A stretch of 64,000 bases of DNA from Anaerovoracaceae bacterium (GTDB lineage: Bacteria; Bacillota; Clostridia; Peptostreptococcales; Anaerovoracaceae). Location of the stretch: positions 7,838 through 71,837 of the forward strand of contig JBHEKY010000006.1 of assembly GCA_041859095.1 (NCBI GenBank). The letters are read 5' to 3'. The notes beneath the pieces are model-generated. The model was not told where the DNA came from and made no database searches. It saw only the letters and a list, made by a program, of their open reading frames with translations. Of this stretch, positions 63,273 to 64,000 are shown in pieces (within the stretch, counting starts at the first letter, position 1; each line of letters begins with the position of its first letter). Made by a program: the position numbers and the translations under genes.

Positions 63273-64000
63273 ATGAAGAATTCTGGTAGAGCTGGCAAAT
63301 ACGGCGTCAGCTATTTTATGCCTCCAAAATGGAACGCCTCCTGGGTACAAAAGGAGTATATCGACAACGCACCCCTATGGTGCAGCGTTGACCTACGAGA
63401 CGGGAATCAAGCCCTCATCGTTCCCATGACCCTGGAGCAAAAACTGGAATTCTTTACTTTCTTGGTTGAACTGGGTTTCAAGCAAATCGAAGTGGGTTTT
63501 CCCGCCGCATCGGACACTGAGTACCAATTCTTGCGGGCGTTAATTGAAAAGAACCTGGTGCCCGATGACGTGCAACTTCAAGTTCTGACACAGGCACGAA
63601 CCCACATCATCAAAAAAACCTTTGATGCCTTGGTTGGTGCCAAGAATGCCATCGTCCACCTATATAATTCCACTTCCGTGGCACAGCGGGAGCAGGTGTT
63701 CCGCGCCACCAAAGAAGAAATCATCGATATCGCCGTCAAAGGCGCGAAACAGCTCAAAAAGACCGCGGAGAAATATCCGGAAACAAACTTCCAGTTCGAA
63801 TATTCCCCCGAGAGTTTCACGGGCACCGAGCCAGCGTTTGCCCTGGAAATATGCAATGCTGTGATTGACGTATGGCAGCCCACACCGGATAGCAAGGTCA
63901 TCATCAACCTGCCCAGCACCGTACAGATGTCCATGCCCCATGTGTATGCCACACAAATCCAATACATGAACGACAATCTACACAGCCGTGAAAACGTGCT
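63273..64000 (+). CDS. leuA: 2-isopropylmalate synthase, long (LeuA type 2) form; 3' end runs off the right edge
   Basis: Open frame from ATG 63273 to the window end; it is absent from the ORF track because it has no stop. My translation is MKNSGRAGKYGVSYFMPPKWNASWVQKEYIDNAPLWCSVDLRDGNQAL..PM....K.EFF..LV.LGFKQIEVGFPAAS..E..F.R.LIE... Confidence 0.88.
   Translation, partial: MKNSGRAGKYGVSYFMPPKWNASWVQKEYIDNAPLWCSVDLRDGNQALIVPMTLEQKLEFFTFLVELGFKQIEVGFPAASDTEYQFLRALIEKNLVPDDVQLQVLTQARTHIIKKTFDALVGAKNAIVHLYNSTSVAQREQVFRATKEEIIDIAVKGAKQLKKTAEKYPETNFQFEYSPESFTGTEPAFALEICNAVIDVWQPTPDSKVIINLPSTVQMSMPHVYATQIQYMNDNLHSRENV

Overview
This 64-kb window looks like part of an anaerobic Firmicute (Clostridia-like) chromosome. 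It is densely packed with SD-led genes, mostly on the minus strand. All calls come from reading the sequence and the ORF track by eye; no database search was run.

Main content, left to right:
- secA (5' part), a CNNM/CorC transporter, and an acyl-CoA synthetase with an E2-like acyltransferase.
- An FHA-SEDS fusion with a class B PBP.
- rsgA, preceded by an unusually hairpin-rich intergenic region.
- A sigma-54 controlled aminotransferase-SDR operon with its divergent activator.
- A small AT-rich islet carrying a toxin-antitoxin-like nucleotidyltransferase pair.
- A complete bacterial split-type pyrrolysine cassette, in transcription order pylT(CUA)-pylB-pylC-pylSc-pylD-pylSn. A CsaA-type tRNA-binding gene follows it. 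Corrinoid-methyltransferase accessory genes precede it (URO-D-type methyltransferase fused to a thioredoxin-like domain, CobW GTPase, MetH-activation-domain homologue, RamA-like activase). A divergent PocR/AraC regulator sits upstream.
- Housekeeping and transport genes.
- A sigma-54 dependent oxidative ornithine (Stickland) operon, ord-ortA-ortB-oraS-oraE-glmL-like-orr, with its activator, promoter and tandem palindromic upstream sites.
- An ArsR unit, rlmH, rnhA and a LytTR two-component system.
- A histidine operon with a fused hisZ-hisG and no hisD.
- A CoA-disulfide-reductase-rhodanese gene, a MerR regulator, and the 5' part of leuA.

The most interesting signals:
1. The pyl cassette and its context. 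No Pyl-dependent methyltransferase or corrinoid protein lies in the window.
2. pylSn ends at UAG and is in frame, with no further stop, with the downstream tRNA-binding protein gene.
3. UAG is nevertheless a common stop codon here, which implies conditional decoding.
4. A tandem hairpin array and a mini-ORF or structured RNA lie upstream of rsgA.
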